The notes: generated from the sequence alone by a model not told the origin. 64,000 nt of DNA from Octopus sinensis (GCF_006345805.1 NC_042998.1:3162001-3226000); one strand, 5' to 3'; counted from the stretch's first letter, positions 1-12,685 are shown. Made by a program: numbers and translations.

Positions 1-178
1 CACGCATAAATTGCTCATAATTGTTTGTGTATGTGTGTGTTTTGGGGCATACAAATGAGTGAACAGACTAAAGAAGACGGCGCTCCGCACGTGTCGCAGG
101 AGTTAAGTGTATACAATTAAAGCTAGCTTCACATTACTTAAAGATTATTGGAAAAGTAGAACCTCGTGTTCGGGCACG

Positions 179-251
179 GGGCTTGTGGCGCAATGGATAA
201 CGCGTCTGACTACGGATCAGAAGATTATAGGTTCGACTCCTGGCAAGCTCG
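179..251 (+). tRNA. tRNA-Arg(ACG): tRNA-Arg, anticodon ACG (one T-stem mismatch)
   Basis: Acceptor stem GGGCTTG/CAAGCTC, A-box TGGCGCAATGG, anticodon arm TCTGA-CTACGGA-TCAGA, B-box GGTTCGACTCC, 73 nt, T6 Pol III terminator at 262-267. T-stem ATAGG/CCTGG has an A-G mismatch. Confidence 0.9.
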
Positions 252-444
252 TATATATATATTTTTTAAAAATTGATTTAGAAATACTCTTCGCTGCGTT
301 GCTCTAAGAAACGTAACGATATAATTCACTAATATTTGCCTATGTGTGTGTACGTATACACATTTGTATGCTAATCGTTTGGCAAAGCAGTGGTGGAAAG
401 TAGACAAACTTTATATTAATTTAATGTCCCAATAACTCACGTGA

Positions 445-500
445 AGCCGACTGGCATAATTGATAACACATCTGACGATCACAGGTTCAATTCCGACATC
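445..500 (+). pseudogene. Decayed tRNA-Arg copy lacking most of the anticodon arm
   Basis: GGCATAATTGATAACACATCTGAC aligns with GGCGCAATGGATAACGCGTCTGAC of the adjacent tRNA (mostly CpG-type changes); about 12 nt deleted, then GAT..AGGTTCAATTCC. Confidence 0.6.
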
Positions 501-1197
501 TCTGATTAAAAAAGAAAAAAATTATATACTTTTCTTTTAATTCAAGAATATATTGCTCTGTGGTGGGAAATTATCCATTGGCTGTACATGAATTTATTTA
601 ATCAGTGAATTATTTTAAAGTAAAATGTATTTGTTAGTTATTCTTAGTAGTTATGATAACGCTATGCTTCACTGTGTAAATCTAATACCGAAGAAAAGTG
701 TCCGAAGATATCACAACAGATGCCAGAAGTCAGACTTTCTTATCTGGATATCTCCATTTGAAATTTGTTCAGTTGCAGTTTCAGGAATTCTTCCTGTTTT
801 CGCCTTTGAAAATAATTTTCATTAACGCTAATCCACAATACGGTACTTAAATGTTTAAACCTGATGTTTTAAAACTTCATCCTCTAATTCTGAGTGTCTA
901 TGGCGGGCACGCGCCCCGTGTGTGTGTGGGTGCGTGTGTGCCTGTATGACGGGTGAATCGGTGCACTGCTTTTTATACTTAAAACATAACTTATTCAACG
1001 TCTCTTCTTTTTAAGTTTAAAAATTAAAAAATTAAAACTCAATTTTAATTTATTTTAAATCAGACAACATCACACAGACGCACACACAAACACACCCGTT
1101 TTCTGTTTTTAATTATCTAAATTTTGCGTATGAAGAAGGAGCTAGATTCTAACAATGATACAAAGTCCCATCGCTTGAAAGCAGATAAGGAAAACTG

Positions 1198-1662
1198 TTA
1201 CATTTTAAACAAGAGAAAAATCTTGCATATATTTTCTATTCCATTTACAGATTGTATTTGTAACGTGCGGGCTGGTTGACATTTTTGAAAACCCTTGCTT
1301 ATTCAGATTGTCACTTAGACATTTACTTACACTACCAAGAGCATAAATTATTATTGGTATAAATGTGAATCAATAATCTGGTTCTAGAACCTACAGGTTT
1401 CGAAGCAGTTGTCCATAGTTATTCTCTTTCTCTGATTTCCAAACAGGTATTCACATCAGTAAAACAGCTGGTCTCTATGACGGTCCGTACTTTTTCATGT
1501 TTGACCCAAACAACAATATCCTGCATGTTATGTTTACACTTGACAGATGTTTTGAAGTGAATGCTTCACCAGTATTCCTTGTGTTGATGTTTGTGTACGC
1601 ATTCATTAACAGGGGTTTCTCTATATCTATTACTGGACAGTCTTTTATTCTGAATATCATTG
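1198..1662 (-). mobile_element. 3' fragment of REL-endonuclease non-LTR retrotransposon (R4/Dong-like), degenerate
   Basis: Minus-strand translation through stops: HKEYW*SIHFKTSVKCKHNMQDIVVW...VIETSCFTDVN...NYGQLLRNL*VLEPDY*FTFIPIIIYALG; matches the other REL fragments in the window. Confidence 0.75.
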
Positions 1663-1701
1663 TATTGTACACACAGACACACGCACACGTGTGTATATAT
1701 A

Positions 1702-1788
<87 letters not shown>

Positions 1789-1817
1789 TTATGTATGTGT
1801 ATGTACACACACACATA

Positions 1818-2339
1818 CCGTAAATCCTCGAGTATAGTCCGCCCTTGAGTATAATACGCAGGGGATTTTTAGGGGGCTGTACTTCTGAAAAACCTAAACC
1901 TTGTGTATAATACGCTCCCCTTCTCTAACTTGAGTCGTGCGTAATTAAGCCAGCAGCACCAAGTCGAACAAACACTTCCACGCATGCGTAATACAATAAT
2001 GGTGATGTTCTTAACTGTTATATGGGAATGTAAATATGTTTGCAAATTGGTTTTGTTACATGTTATTCTGTGTTCTGAATACTTTTATTTTAATAAATAT
2101 TGCTTACTGCAAGTTATGGATGATTCTTTTATGGATTCATTGCTTTCAGGCTTAGCTTAAAGTATTTTCATGCCTGAAATCTCAAAATGCATCTGAATAA
2201 ACATTGCCGGACAGCAAATAGAGACTCGGACATTGCTTAGAAAATAATTTTCTTTTTTAACCTCGTATATAGTACGCACTAGGAATTTTGACCTTTAAAT
2301 TTTGGGGAAAAAATGCGGATTATACTCAAGGATTTACGG
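1818..2339. mobile_element. Tc1/mariner-pogo-type MITE, copy 1
   Basis: TIRs CCGTAAATCCTCGAGTATA / TATACTCAAGGATTTACGG, TA on both flanks; two further copies at 34999 and 39399. Confidence 0.85.
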
Positions 2340-3304
2340 TATGTATGCATAAGTGTGTGTGTGAGTGTGTCTGTCAGTCCCAAAAAGCCTTAAGTATCTC
2401 GTAAGAGGCATTGTTCATCTTCATCTCGTCTGTATTCACTCATATTTTGAATTTATTTGTGACTCCCATCATTTCTTTTTGAACTGTTTTTGTTTTATTT
2501 TCTTGATGGCGAAACTGAAGACTCATACCATTTGTGCTCATATCATATTTATGATGCTTGGTATAATTTCTCACAGACAATGGAAATAAACTCAATGTTA
2601 GGTACTATCCCGCGGTTTCATTTTCATGCACACAGTTTATAATTCTATACAAGCTATCATCAAAAGCATCCCACTGATGATCATCTCACCTTCTTAATTC
2701 TTCTATAATTCGAAACATTCCAAATTTTTCCTCACCTTTTAGCAGACTTTAGGATTTCGTATATTTAACAGCTGTTTCTAATTCAAGTGACGAAACATAG
2801 GATGCTCGTTGCTTTTTAGTTTCACTGTAATTATATTTATTTAATCTGCTCACATTTCCTATAATTTCGCTTTTATAATGAACAACTTTTCTCCTTGAGA
2901 AGACATGTTCATAGATATACATACACACACACATACATATACATACATATATACAGATATATATATATATATATGAAGGCTGGTCTTTTGTGGTGAATAG
3001 AGTTGTCAACGAAAATGTTTCTCACAGCAACTTTCAAATGAAAACATCTCCATTAATTCACACACACACACATACACCCACATGTATGCACGCATTCACG
3101 CACGCACGTTCGCACACACACACACATAAGCACTTAAAATTTTATACAATATCGTCTTTTTTTTTAAAAAAAAGGAAAAGCACTGAACTCCCCGAGTCAA
3201 GGTTATTCTGACAATAAGAAGAGAGCGTAAAACAAACTCAACCTTCGTTTAAGAAACAGATAAATAAACAAACGAACTTCACTTCAAATGAACCCAAACC
3301 CATT

Positions 3305-3396
3305 TCATCATCATCATCATCATCATCATCACCACCATCACCATCACCATCATCATCACCACCATCATCATCACCATCATCATCATCATCATCATC

Positions 3397-3426
<30 letters not shown>
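3305..3426. repeat. (CAT/CAC)n trinucleotide microsatellite
   Basis: Direct reading; source of the poly-His ORF. Confidence 0.95.
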
Positions 3427-3427
<1 letters not shown>

Positions 3428-4151
3428 GTATGTATATATATATATATTATATATATATATATGGATGATATATGTGTGTGTGTGTGTGTGTGTGTATGTG
3501 TGTGTATGTATGTATTTATATTTATATGTGAATATATATATATATATATATACTTATCATATATTGATTATTCCTTTTTATACTTTTTGAGATCTAGTTA
3601 TGTTTTATAAAAATATATTTTATTTGTTATTTATGTTTTGGTTTATGTCTATCATTGTTTGAGTTGCATAATAATGGTTTTATCTCTAATTTATATGATA
3701 TATATATATATATATATAGGTGCGTGTGTGTGTGTGTAAATTTATTATACTGGTGGACAATAATTACATCGACATTGATAACGTAAAGCATGCAGGGGCG
3801 GTGGGTGAGATCAGAATAAGGAGCAGGAGAAAAGAACCTTGAAGAGGAAAAACAAGACGAAGATAAAAAAAAAAAAATACGATAATACGAAAGGCAAATA
3901 AATCCATCAGTTGCAATTATACAAGCATTTTCCCCGGTATTAATTAATTAGAAAGATTCGAAAATTTAATCTAGTTTTCTCTTATCGATTTACATGATTG
4001 CCACAATTTACTGAACGTTTTTGGAAAAGATTTTATCTTTTGCTTTTAACTCTTCCGTTTCCCATCAATTTTTTGTTTTATCTTATTGAAAGAAAACGTT
4101 TGATAGCAAATGTTTAGCGAGATATTTTCTTTGCTGAACTACATCATTTAT

Positions 4152-4612
4152 TCTTTTACTCTCTTTTACTTGTTTCAGTTATTTGACTGTGGTCACGCTG
4201 GAGCACCGCCTTTAGTCGAGCAAATCGACCCCAGGACTTATTCTTTGTAAGCCTAGTACTTATTCTGTCGGTCTCTTTTGCCGAATCGCTAAGGACGTAA
4301 ACACACCAGCATCGGTTGTCAAGCGATGTTGGTGGGGGGAACAAACACATACAAACACACACACACAAACACACAAACACACACACACACACACACACAC
4401 ACAACACACACACACATATACGACATATATATATATATATATATATATACGACGAGCTTCTTTCAGTTTCAGTCTACCAAATCCACTCACAAGGCTTTGG
4501 TTGGCCTGAAGCTATAGTAGAAGACACTTGCTCAAGGTGCCACGCAGTGGGACTGAACCTGGAACCATGTGGTTCGTAAGCGAGCTACTTACCACACAGC
4601 CACTCCTACGCC
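4152..4612 (-). mobile_element. tRNA-head SINE, family A (bipartite, internal TA/GT microsatellite)
   Basis: Reverse complement of the family seen at 8731, 40563 and 48469 (head GGAGTGGCTGTGTGGTAAG...GGTTCAGTCCC; tail GACTGAAACAAGTAAAAGA). Confidence 0.85.
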
Positions 4613-5136
4613 TTTGTGGGGAAGAAAATCTAAACAGTATTAGCGTCATCTATATAACATACCTAATATGTGTGCATCGTTGAAAAGTCAGAAGCTGCAG
4701 TTTTTTGTCTGAGAAAAAAATTCCTTTATAGATGTAGGATGTTAAAAAGCGCAAAATGCTTCAGAGCAGAGCGAAACGAAATCGCCCTCGAGAGCGACAG
4801 ATGCACAGTTCGCCGTAACGTGGCTTGTAAATGTCACGTAGGCATATCACTTTCTAAACGACATCGAATGTGTTTCGTATTCGTGTCACTTCTGAAACGA
4901 CGTCGTATCAGCGAGTCTGAAATATGCCAAGACAGTGTATAGACAATACACTGGTTTGAGATGACGCTATAAAATATATACTCCTGTACCGTGAAGAGAA
5001 TGCATTTATGTATGTTCTGTTTTTGATTGGAATTTTAGAGTTTATTTTGGTCGGCCAAATTCGCTGTAGTTCGGTTGTAAGGGAAATAATATTCGGATAG
5101 TCATTATCAAGGGGATGATCCTGTCTTTTAACCATT

Positions 5137-5389
5137 TCTTGTTTCAGTCATTTAATTGAGGCAATGCTGCAGCACCGCTTTGAAGAATTTTAGTCGAACG
5201 AATCGACCCTCCATCTTTAACTTATTTTTAAGCCAGGTACATATTTTATCGTGCCATTTTACTGAACCGCTAAATACGAGGATCGCAAGCTGTTAAGCGG
5301 TTGTGGGGAACAAATATAGACACACAGACACACACACGCGCGCGCGCACAGACATACACACGCACACACACACACACGCACACACACAC

Positions 5390-5455
<66 letters not shown>

Positions 5456-5615
5456 CGGGCTTCTTTCAGATTCCGTCTACCAAATTCATTCACAAGGCTT
5501 TGGTCGAAGCGATACCATAATAGAAGACATTTGCACAAGGTTCCATGCAGTGGGACTGAATTCGGAAAAATGTAGTTGGAAAGCAAAATTTTTACCACAT
5601 AACCATACCTGCGCC
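5137..5615 (-). mobile_element. SINE family A, diverged
   Basis: Same blocks as 4152-4612, with a longer (CA)n core. Confidence 0.8.
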
Positions 5616-5620
5616 TATTC

Positions 5621-5899
5621 CTTAAATTCAAAGATCTTGCAGGCTTTTATTTTCCCAGAGTTCTTCAGCATCTCTAGCGTATGATATCTGGAGTTGCATT
5701 CTTTCTACAGGATTCCGTGTTCAAGCATGCTTTCTTCCAGGCGGCTTGGTTCATACCCTGTTGTTCCGATAATAAATGGTATAAAACTGAAATTGTAGTT
5801 TACATAATAGATTTGTTGACTTCTTATCAGTGATAGATAGATATTTTTCTTCTGTATTATTCTTTTCATGTTGATGTCAAGTAAGCAACTGACTTCTAC
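5621..5899 (-). mobile_element. REL non-LTR retrotransposon C-terminal fragment
   Basis: Translation VEVSCLLDINMKRIIQKKNIYLSLIRSQQIYYVNYNFSFIPFIIGTTGYEP...ACKIFEFK, homologous to 56783 and 57801. Confidence 0.7.
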
Positions 5900-6317
5900 A
5901 TCAGAGCGTATTTTCCTTCAGTGGTAGAAACCCCCCCCCCCGCAAAAACAGAAAAATAGTTGTTAATATTACTATTAGGTAGTAAATACTTGCTGTGGCT
6001 ATAAAGATGAAAAAAGAGCGCTCAGGGATTTATAATTGGATGTAGGAGTAGGGATAAATAACAATGTAGGAGAGATGAATGAGCTGGGAATGAAAACGAG
6101 AAAAGAGGGTGTAATTTATATGCAAGTATGTTTAAGTATAAATAAAAATATGAGGTAAGGAACTAGCTTGGCATGATGTACGAGGGGTGTATAGAGGTAT
6201 TAAGTTTGTATTAATATTCAAGTAATAGAAGAGTATTTTTATTATCAATATAAGAGAAGTTACGAGTTTAGGGGTGCACACAAGTAAAAAATTTATACAC
6301 AATGTCCTAGAAAAAAA

Positions 6318-6645
6318 AGGAGCACTCCGTCGGTTACGACGACGAGGGTCCCAGCTGATCCGATCAACAGAACAGCCTGCTCGTGAAATTAACGTGTAAG
6401 TGGCTGAGCAATCCACAGACACGTGTACCCCTATCGTAGTTCTCAGGGAGATTCAGCGTGACACAGAATGTGACAAGGCTGGCCCCTTTGAAATACAGGT
6501 ACAACTCATTTTTGCCAGCTGAGTGGACTGGAGCAACATGAAATAAAGTGTCTTGCTCAAGGACACAACGCGTCGCTTGGAATCGAACTCACGACCTTAC
6601 AATCATGAGCCGAATGCTCTAACCACTAAGCCACGCGCCTTCACG
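6318..6645 (-). mobile_element. tRNA-head SINE, family C
   Basis: Head (reverse complement) ACGTGAAGGCGCGTGGCTTAGTGGTTAGAGCATTCGGC; related copies at 9349, 31960-32270 and 49060-49440. Confidence 0.75.
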
Positions 6646-7439
6646 TCCTATAAAAACGTATAAGGAAAAAATGTTAGTATATTTACTTATACGTGAGTAG
6701 AGAAATATCTGCACATTAGTATACGTAGATATAGGAATTCCAGTTGTTATTTGATTAGGGAATGCATAAAGGAAGGAACATCGTATAAAAGTATAGATAC
6801 TCATACCGGCGCAAAGAGAGAGCGAAAAAAAAATGGTATACGCGTATAGATATAAGTACAGACACATATAAAAAAACATAGTAGTATATATATGTGTGTG
6901 TATGCGAAGCATACATATATGCGCACACGTTCATATTAAGAAATACACGTTAGTGGCAATATATAGTGAATAAACACACAATGATAATAGATGTGCACAC
7001 ACAGATGACATATAAGATCTATATCTAGACATGCACACATGGTTGTAGGCATGTAAGACAATAAGAAGTACTATATATATTTGCTTATATCAGCAGTAAA
7101 ATATATTTAATTATTAGTATTAGTTAGAATGGATATGTTGAAGGGGTTTAAAAGGAGACATTATGCAAATAAAATAAAACAGGATAAAAAATATATAGAT
7201 ATATTATATACTAAAGAAATATATTATTTACCCCCCCCCCACCAGACATATTGAGAGAAAAGGAGGTGTAGGTAGAGGTAGATAAAGTGTTAGCCCAATA
7301 TATTGTGGGTCATACAATTGTTAGAAAGGAAAATTGGATGAATAAAATATATATATATCTCAAGATAGTGTAAGATATAGTGATATAAAGTGGATGTGAT
7401 GAGTAATCGTATTCCAAATTCACGACACACCATACACAA

Positions 7440-7499
<60 letters not shown>

Positions 7500-7552
7500 G
7501 TTTAAATATTTGTTGTGCAAGATTTTTTATGTGAAGTCGTGTGTTGAAACAG

Positions 7553-7909
7553 ATATTGTTATATTTCGGAATGGTCATTTTGCCAGTTTAGCCAATAATA
7601 TTACAGGCATCCCCCCACATACACACACTAAATACACATAGACGCACATAGAGATATAAGCATGCGCAAATGAAAACATACAATAGAAATACAAAATGGC
7701 TGACGGTTAGTAAGGAGAGACACAAATAAGAAAGAAGAAAACAAAGGACCACTGATGCAGTCACAGGAGTGTGACGAAAGAACTCTGGCCGAAATAAGAT
7801 TAAGATTAATGTAAAAAATAAATAACACTGAAGCAAAATAACACCAAATATATAGTGCGTGTGTTTTTATTGGCTAAACTGGCAAAATGACCATTCCGAA
7901 ATATAACAA

Positions 7910-7912
<3 letters not shown>
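7553..7912 (+). mobile_element. Element with perfect 46-bp terminal inverted repeats and an internal hammerhead-like motif (Penelope-type terminal repeat or MITE)
   Basis: 7553-7598 is the exact reverse complement of 7867-7912; CCA-CTGATGCA-GTCAC-AGGAGT-GTGAC-GAAA-GAACTC-TGG at 7749-7788. Confidence 0.7.
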
Positions 7913-7996
<84 letters not shown>

Positions 7997-8730
7997 ATTC
8001 ACACGGATCTTTCTGCTGATATTGTTTTACATATCAAAATGGATTTAACAAAAATTGTAATCTGCTATCTTATTTGAATATTTAACTGTTTACAGGGCAG
8101 TAAATATGCAGCATCAGAACAGCCTTTTATGTTTTGAATACAAATGGCCGTCGATGTCAGCTTTGACTTCCATTTTTCAAAGGTTGACAAAATAAAGGAC
8201 GAGCAAAATATTCAGCTCAATATAAACGGCTATATCCCTATCTCACCGCAATTTGAGGCCTTGTGCTATTGTAAAAATGAATATTTACTTTATCACGCAA
8301 GCAGCTTTTTTCGTTGCTCATTTTTTAATAATTTCGTCAGAAAATGAAGAGCCAAATTTCCCTAAAATTACATCATACAGATTTATGTTCCAGTCTTTGT
8401 ATACATGTATTAATAAATCAAGGAATGTGTATCTTTGTTCTTCCCTCTTAAAAAGTATATGTGAGATTGTGTTGTTAATGTAAAAATGTACTAAAAAAAA
8501 CTAGCCTGTATGAATGATCATAATTTGAGCTTACTGCCTTTGCGTACTCTTGATCTAGTTTGTGCTTAAATTCTATGTGGTCCCATTGCATGTTTCTTGT
8601 AGCTTTGGGTGTATACAAATGTACATACGTCCGTCAGAATTTTATATACCAGTGGCCACACACAAAAGAGAAAACATACCGTATTTTCCAGCATGCAAGT
8701 CGAATATTTTAGACAAAAATTTACAATATA

Positions 8731-9152
8731 GGCGCAGGAGTGGCTGTGTGGAAAGTAGCTTGCTAACCAACCACATGGTTCCGGGTTCAGTCCCACTGCG
8801 TGGCATCTTGGGCAAGTGTCTTCTGCTATAGCCCCGGGCCGACCAATGCCTTGTGAGTGGATTTGGTAGACGGAAACTGAAAGAAGCCTGTCGTATATAT
8901 GTATATATATATATAAGTGTGTGTGTATATGTTTATGTGTCTGTGTTTGTCCCCCTAGCATTGCTTGACAACCGATGCTGGTGTGTTTACGTCCCCGTAA
9001 CTTAGCGGTTCGGCAAAAGAGACCGATAGAATAAGTACTGGCCTTACAAAGAATAAGTCCCGGGGTCGATTTGCTCCTCGACTAAAGGCGGTGCTCCAGC
9101 ATGGCCGCAGTCAAATGACTGAAACAAGTAAAAGAAAGAAAAGAAAGAAAGA
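8731..9152 (+). mobile_element. SINE family A, full length
   Basis: tRNA-like head with A/B boxes, internal (TA)(GT), (AAAGA)n tail. Confidence 0.9.
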
Positions 9153-9348
9153 AACCAAAAAAGCTAGATTGACATATATACTAAGACGGATTTGTAGGAT
9201 CCAAAATTCCGTGTGAAAGGCATAAGAACTTTGAAAGATAATATTTGGATGCTTACAGAGCGTGTTCACACTATATACTACATCGACTTGTATGACGGAA
9301 TATGGGAAGATAATTAATTATGCATTTATTTGTTTTAATATGCTGACC

Positions 9349-9690
9349 ACGTGAAGGCGCATGGCTCAGTGGTTAGAGCGTCGAGCTTACGATCGTGAGG
9401 TTGCGGGCTCGAATCCCGGACCGGGATGCGTGTTGTGTTCTTGAGCAAGACACTTTAGTCCACGTTGCTCCAGTTCATTCAGCTGTAGAAATGAGTTGCG
9501 ACGTCACTGATGTCAAGCTGTATCGGCCCCTTTGCCTTTCCCTTGGATAACATTGGTGGCATGGAGACGGTAGGCTGGTATGCATGGGCGACTGCTGGTC
9601 TTCCGTAAACAACCTTGCCCGGACTTGTGCCTGGGAAGGTAACTTTCTAGGTGCAATCCCATGGTCAGTGTCGTGACCGAAAGGGGTCTC
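9349..9690 (+). mobile_element. SINE family C
   Basis: Head TGGCTCAGTGGTTAGAGCG...GGCTCGAATCCC; its 3' half recurs at about 43915-44125. Confidence 0.8.
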
Positions 9691-11020
9691 AGATGCTTAC
9701 CATATAGTTTATTATTGTAAGCTTTCAAAATTTAATTTAATCATTTTTATTGGGAAATCTGTTCAAACACTACACTAAGAAGTACCCTCGTTATATCTGC
9801 GAAGATCGTGCGTGCGTGTGTGTGTGAATATATATGTGTGAATGTAAGTGTTTGTATGTAGATGTGTGTGCATGTTGTACATGTGTATGTATGCATGCAT
9901 GATTGTGCGTGTAATTACACACACAAATAATGGTTTCGCTCCGTTGCTTCTCTTTATTGCTTCAGAAACTGGACGAAACTGTACACCGGAAGTGTATTCT
10001 TATTTCATTAAACGCATAAATACATATTTGTTAGCTTCTAAACACTTTTAACACAATCTTGTATTGAGTGTTTATGTATCACAAAATAAACAGAAAATAA
10101 TCGCGTGCGCGTGCACACTCACACACACACACACATACACACACATATATCTGCTCATACATATACACCCACGCACTCGCGCATACACATGTATATGTAT
10201 ACAACTTTCTCTGTGGCCAAAGATTAGCGGTCACGACTTAATGCTTCTGAATATTTTTGTATAATGAATACGTGTATCTAAAATTAAATGTGAATAAACA
10301 TCCCTCTCTTTAGATACATAGACACACACACACATTCGCACGCACACACAATATTTGTTCTAATCCGACCCAAAAGTGCAAGTGCCCGAGTCAAAACAAT
10401 TTTGAACGTATTCAGACAGCAATTCAATTGACGAAAATTCTTCAGACTGAATATTTTTGAGGAATTAAAATAGAATATGTTTCCTGTTTTTTTTTTCAAT
10501 CGAGAGATTTCACAATTTTCTTGTAGGTTGCTTGCAAACAAGATTGTAAGTATACAACATCAATTGAGATTGTTTATGAAGGTTACAATAGCAAATAATA
10601 ATAACGACCCTGTCTACTTTAGGCACTCAATCTGAAATTTTGGGAGAGGAGACTACTCGATTCTATCGCCCCAGTCATCAACTGGTACTTATAATAATAT
10701 ACTTACATGGGATTTGGACCCATATATCTATACAAATTTTGAATGAACTTTTATAATTTTCATAGGCTAGATGAACAAATACCTTAGGAACACCCCATTA
10801 AAATTATATCAAAATCCGTTCATAACTTTTATAGTTGTCAGTTTCGGCCCAATCCTGTTTGCAGTCAATTCCTACTGAGCCATCAGTGTATTTAACGTAA
10901 GATGGTAATTTACGAGAAACTGGAGGGTCACAGAAAGGAACGGCTGTTATATTCGTGATCTATACACAAAATACCCATAGAAAAGGTTATTCTCATTTCC
11001 GATTTCTTTTTTCATTGTTA

Positions 11021-11230
11021 TGCAATGTAATCGACGTGGCAGTGCCAGGAGATCAACATATGAAAGAAAGAGAAAAGGTCGATAAATATAGAGACCTGAG
11101 AATTGAGATCGTCAAAATGTGGCAGCTATGAGAGTCAAAGATTGTCTCTATTGTGTTCAGAGCATTGGGTTCAGTGCCACCCAACCTGAAGAAACACCTG
11201 GAAACTTCAGAAATACCCTTCAATCTGTCT
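11021..11230 (+). mobile_element. REL endonuclease C-terminal fragment of an R2-superfamily LINE (second family)
   Basis: Translation IDVAVPGDQHMKEREKVDKYRDLRIEIVKMWQL*ESKIVSIVFRALGSVPPNLKKHLE, a typical REL-domain C-terminus. Confidence 0.8.
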
Positions 11231-11454
11231 GTCGGAGGTCCTTGTTGTGACTCGATTGACAGTACAAACCTCTTGTAGACGTAATATCTTCAATCAACAA
11301 CATCACGATGTAATGCTTTCTGTAATCCAAATTAGGTTCGTGACTGAAAGGGGGTGAGTCATATTAAGGAGAAATGGCTTAATAAATATATCATGCAGTT
11401 ATGGGTGGGGGTATGATTCTGATATATTGAGCCTTCTGGCCTCATCGCGAGGCT

Positions 11455-11710
11455 CTGTTATTTCCTCTTCCCTCTTCCTTTCTTTTATTTTATGCATTTG
11501 TACTCACTCTGATGAAGCTACATCTACTAGATCAAATGTGCTATAAAGATAATGAATATTATTTTCGAAATTTTCTTCGTAAGCACCGACTGACATTGGC
11601 AGCCGAAACGGCCGTAAGAATGTTATGATATATTTTGTATTGAAAAAAAGTAATTAACCCATGTTGGTCAATTTGTTTGTTGATAAAATGTTTTCTCTAT
11701 TTTCTGTGTT
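11455..11710 (+). repeat. Dispersed repeat with separated hammerhead-like halves (second copy about 42650-42935, minus)
   Basis: Shared CACTCTGATGAAGCT ... GAATATTATTTT ... GAAACGGCCGTAAGAAT ... GTTATGA.ATATTTTGTATT in both copies. Confidence 0.65.
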
Positions 11711-11951
11711 TTCGACCTTCTTCATATACATACATACATACATATATATTACTTGTTTCAGTCATTAACCTGCGGCCATGCTGGAGCACCACCCTGAAGA
11801 ATTTTAGTCGAATGTATCAATCTCAACTCTTATATTTTAAGGCCTAGCATTTACCCTATCGATCATTTTTGTCGAACCCCTAACTTACGGGGAGGAAAAC
11901 ACAACAACACCGGTTATCAAGCGGTAGGAGAGGGCAAACGCAGACAGAAAG

Positions 11952-12032
<81 letters not shown>

Positions 12033-12290
12033 CACACACATGCGCACGCACACACATATTCACATCTGATGGTCTTCCGCCGTGTCCGTGTAGCGAGCTT
12101 AGAATTTATTTCACTTGCTTGATGTACCACGCAACGGGATTGAACTCACAACCAAGCGAATCGTTGAACAAACCATTTAACTGCACAAACATATCTTCAC
12201 CCATTTATAAAGAACTGTAAATTCCCTTTTGGAGACCAATAATATATTTTCTTCAATAGGCATCCATGAAGAGCAAAAGAAATGATATTA

Positions 12291-12685
12291 TCTTTATATA
12301 TAAAAGTCAAGTTGTGTGTCTGTCTCCTACGATTTAGATTCCTAACTACTCCCACATCTTGCGGTACAGTTTAAACAAAACCGGGTATCTTATAGTCGTG
12401 ATTCATATCGAGCCCTTCTGGGTATTAGCGCGCGTTTACGATGAGTCTACGATTTAAAAAAAAAATTTACCATCAATTTTTCCCATTTTTAATGCATGTT
12501 TGGCATATATATGGGAAGTAACTCTCTAAAAATTTATTATTAAATCTCAGAACGTAAAAAGCTACAGTAACACCCCACCCCTTGTGGTTAGCCATATTGA
12601 GATGGCTATTATACTTTACATCTCTAAAAATGCTTATATAGTTATTTCCCTTACAAACCCGAGCAACGCCGGGCGATACTGCTAG
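12291..12685 (+). mobile_element. Non-autonomous Helitron
   Basis: 5' A|TCTTTATATATAAAAG, 3' hairpin CCCG-AGCAACGC-CGGG then CTAG|T, no TSD; shorter copy at 37771-38035. Confidence 0.85.

Noticed and set aside
735-870. Minus frame NENYFQRRKQEEFLKLQL resembling a coiled-coil exon
   Set aside because: Too short, with no reliable homology or splice support.
1385-1470. Apparent minus-strand hammerhead (CTGATG...CGAAACCTGTA)
   Set aside because: Lies within REL LINE coding sequence (QLLRNL); the core is wrong and helices I and II do not pair.
2674-2720. CTGATGA...GAAAC pair
   Set aside because: No helix I or helix II complementarity.
3288-3590. Poly-His ORFs (also 34451-34690)
   Set aside because: (CAT/CAC)n microsatellites running into dinucleotide repeats, with no gene context.
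9349-9425. SINE heads (also 8731, 26139, etc.) as tRNA genes
   Set aside because: Have A/B boxes but no full cloverleaf, and continue into SINE bodies.
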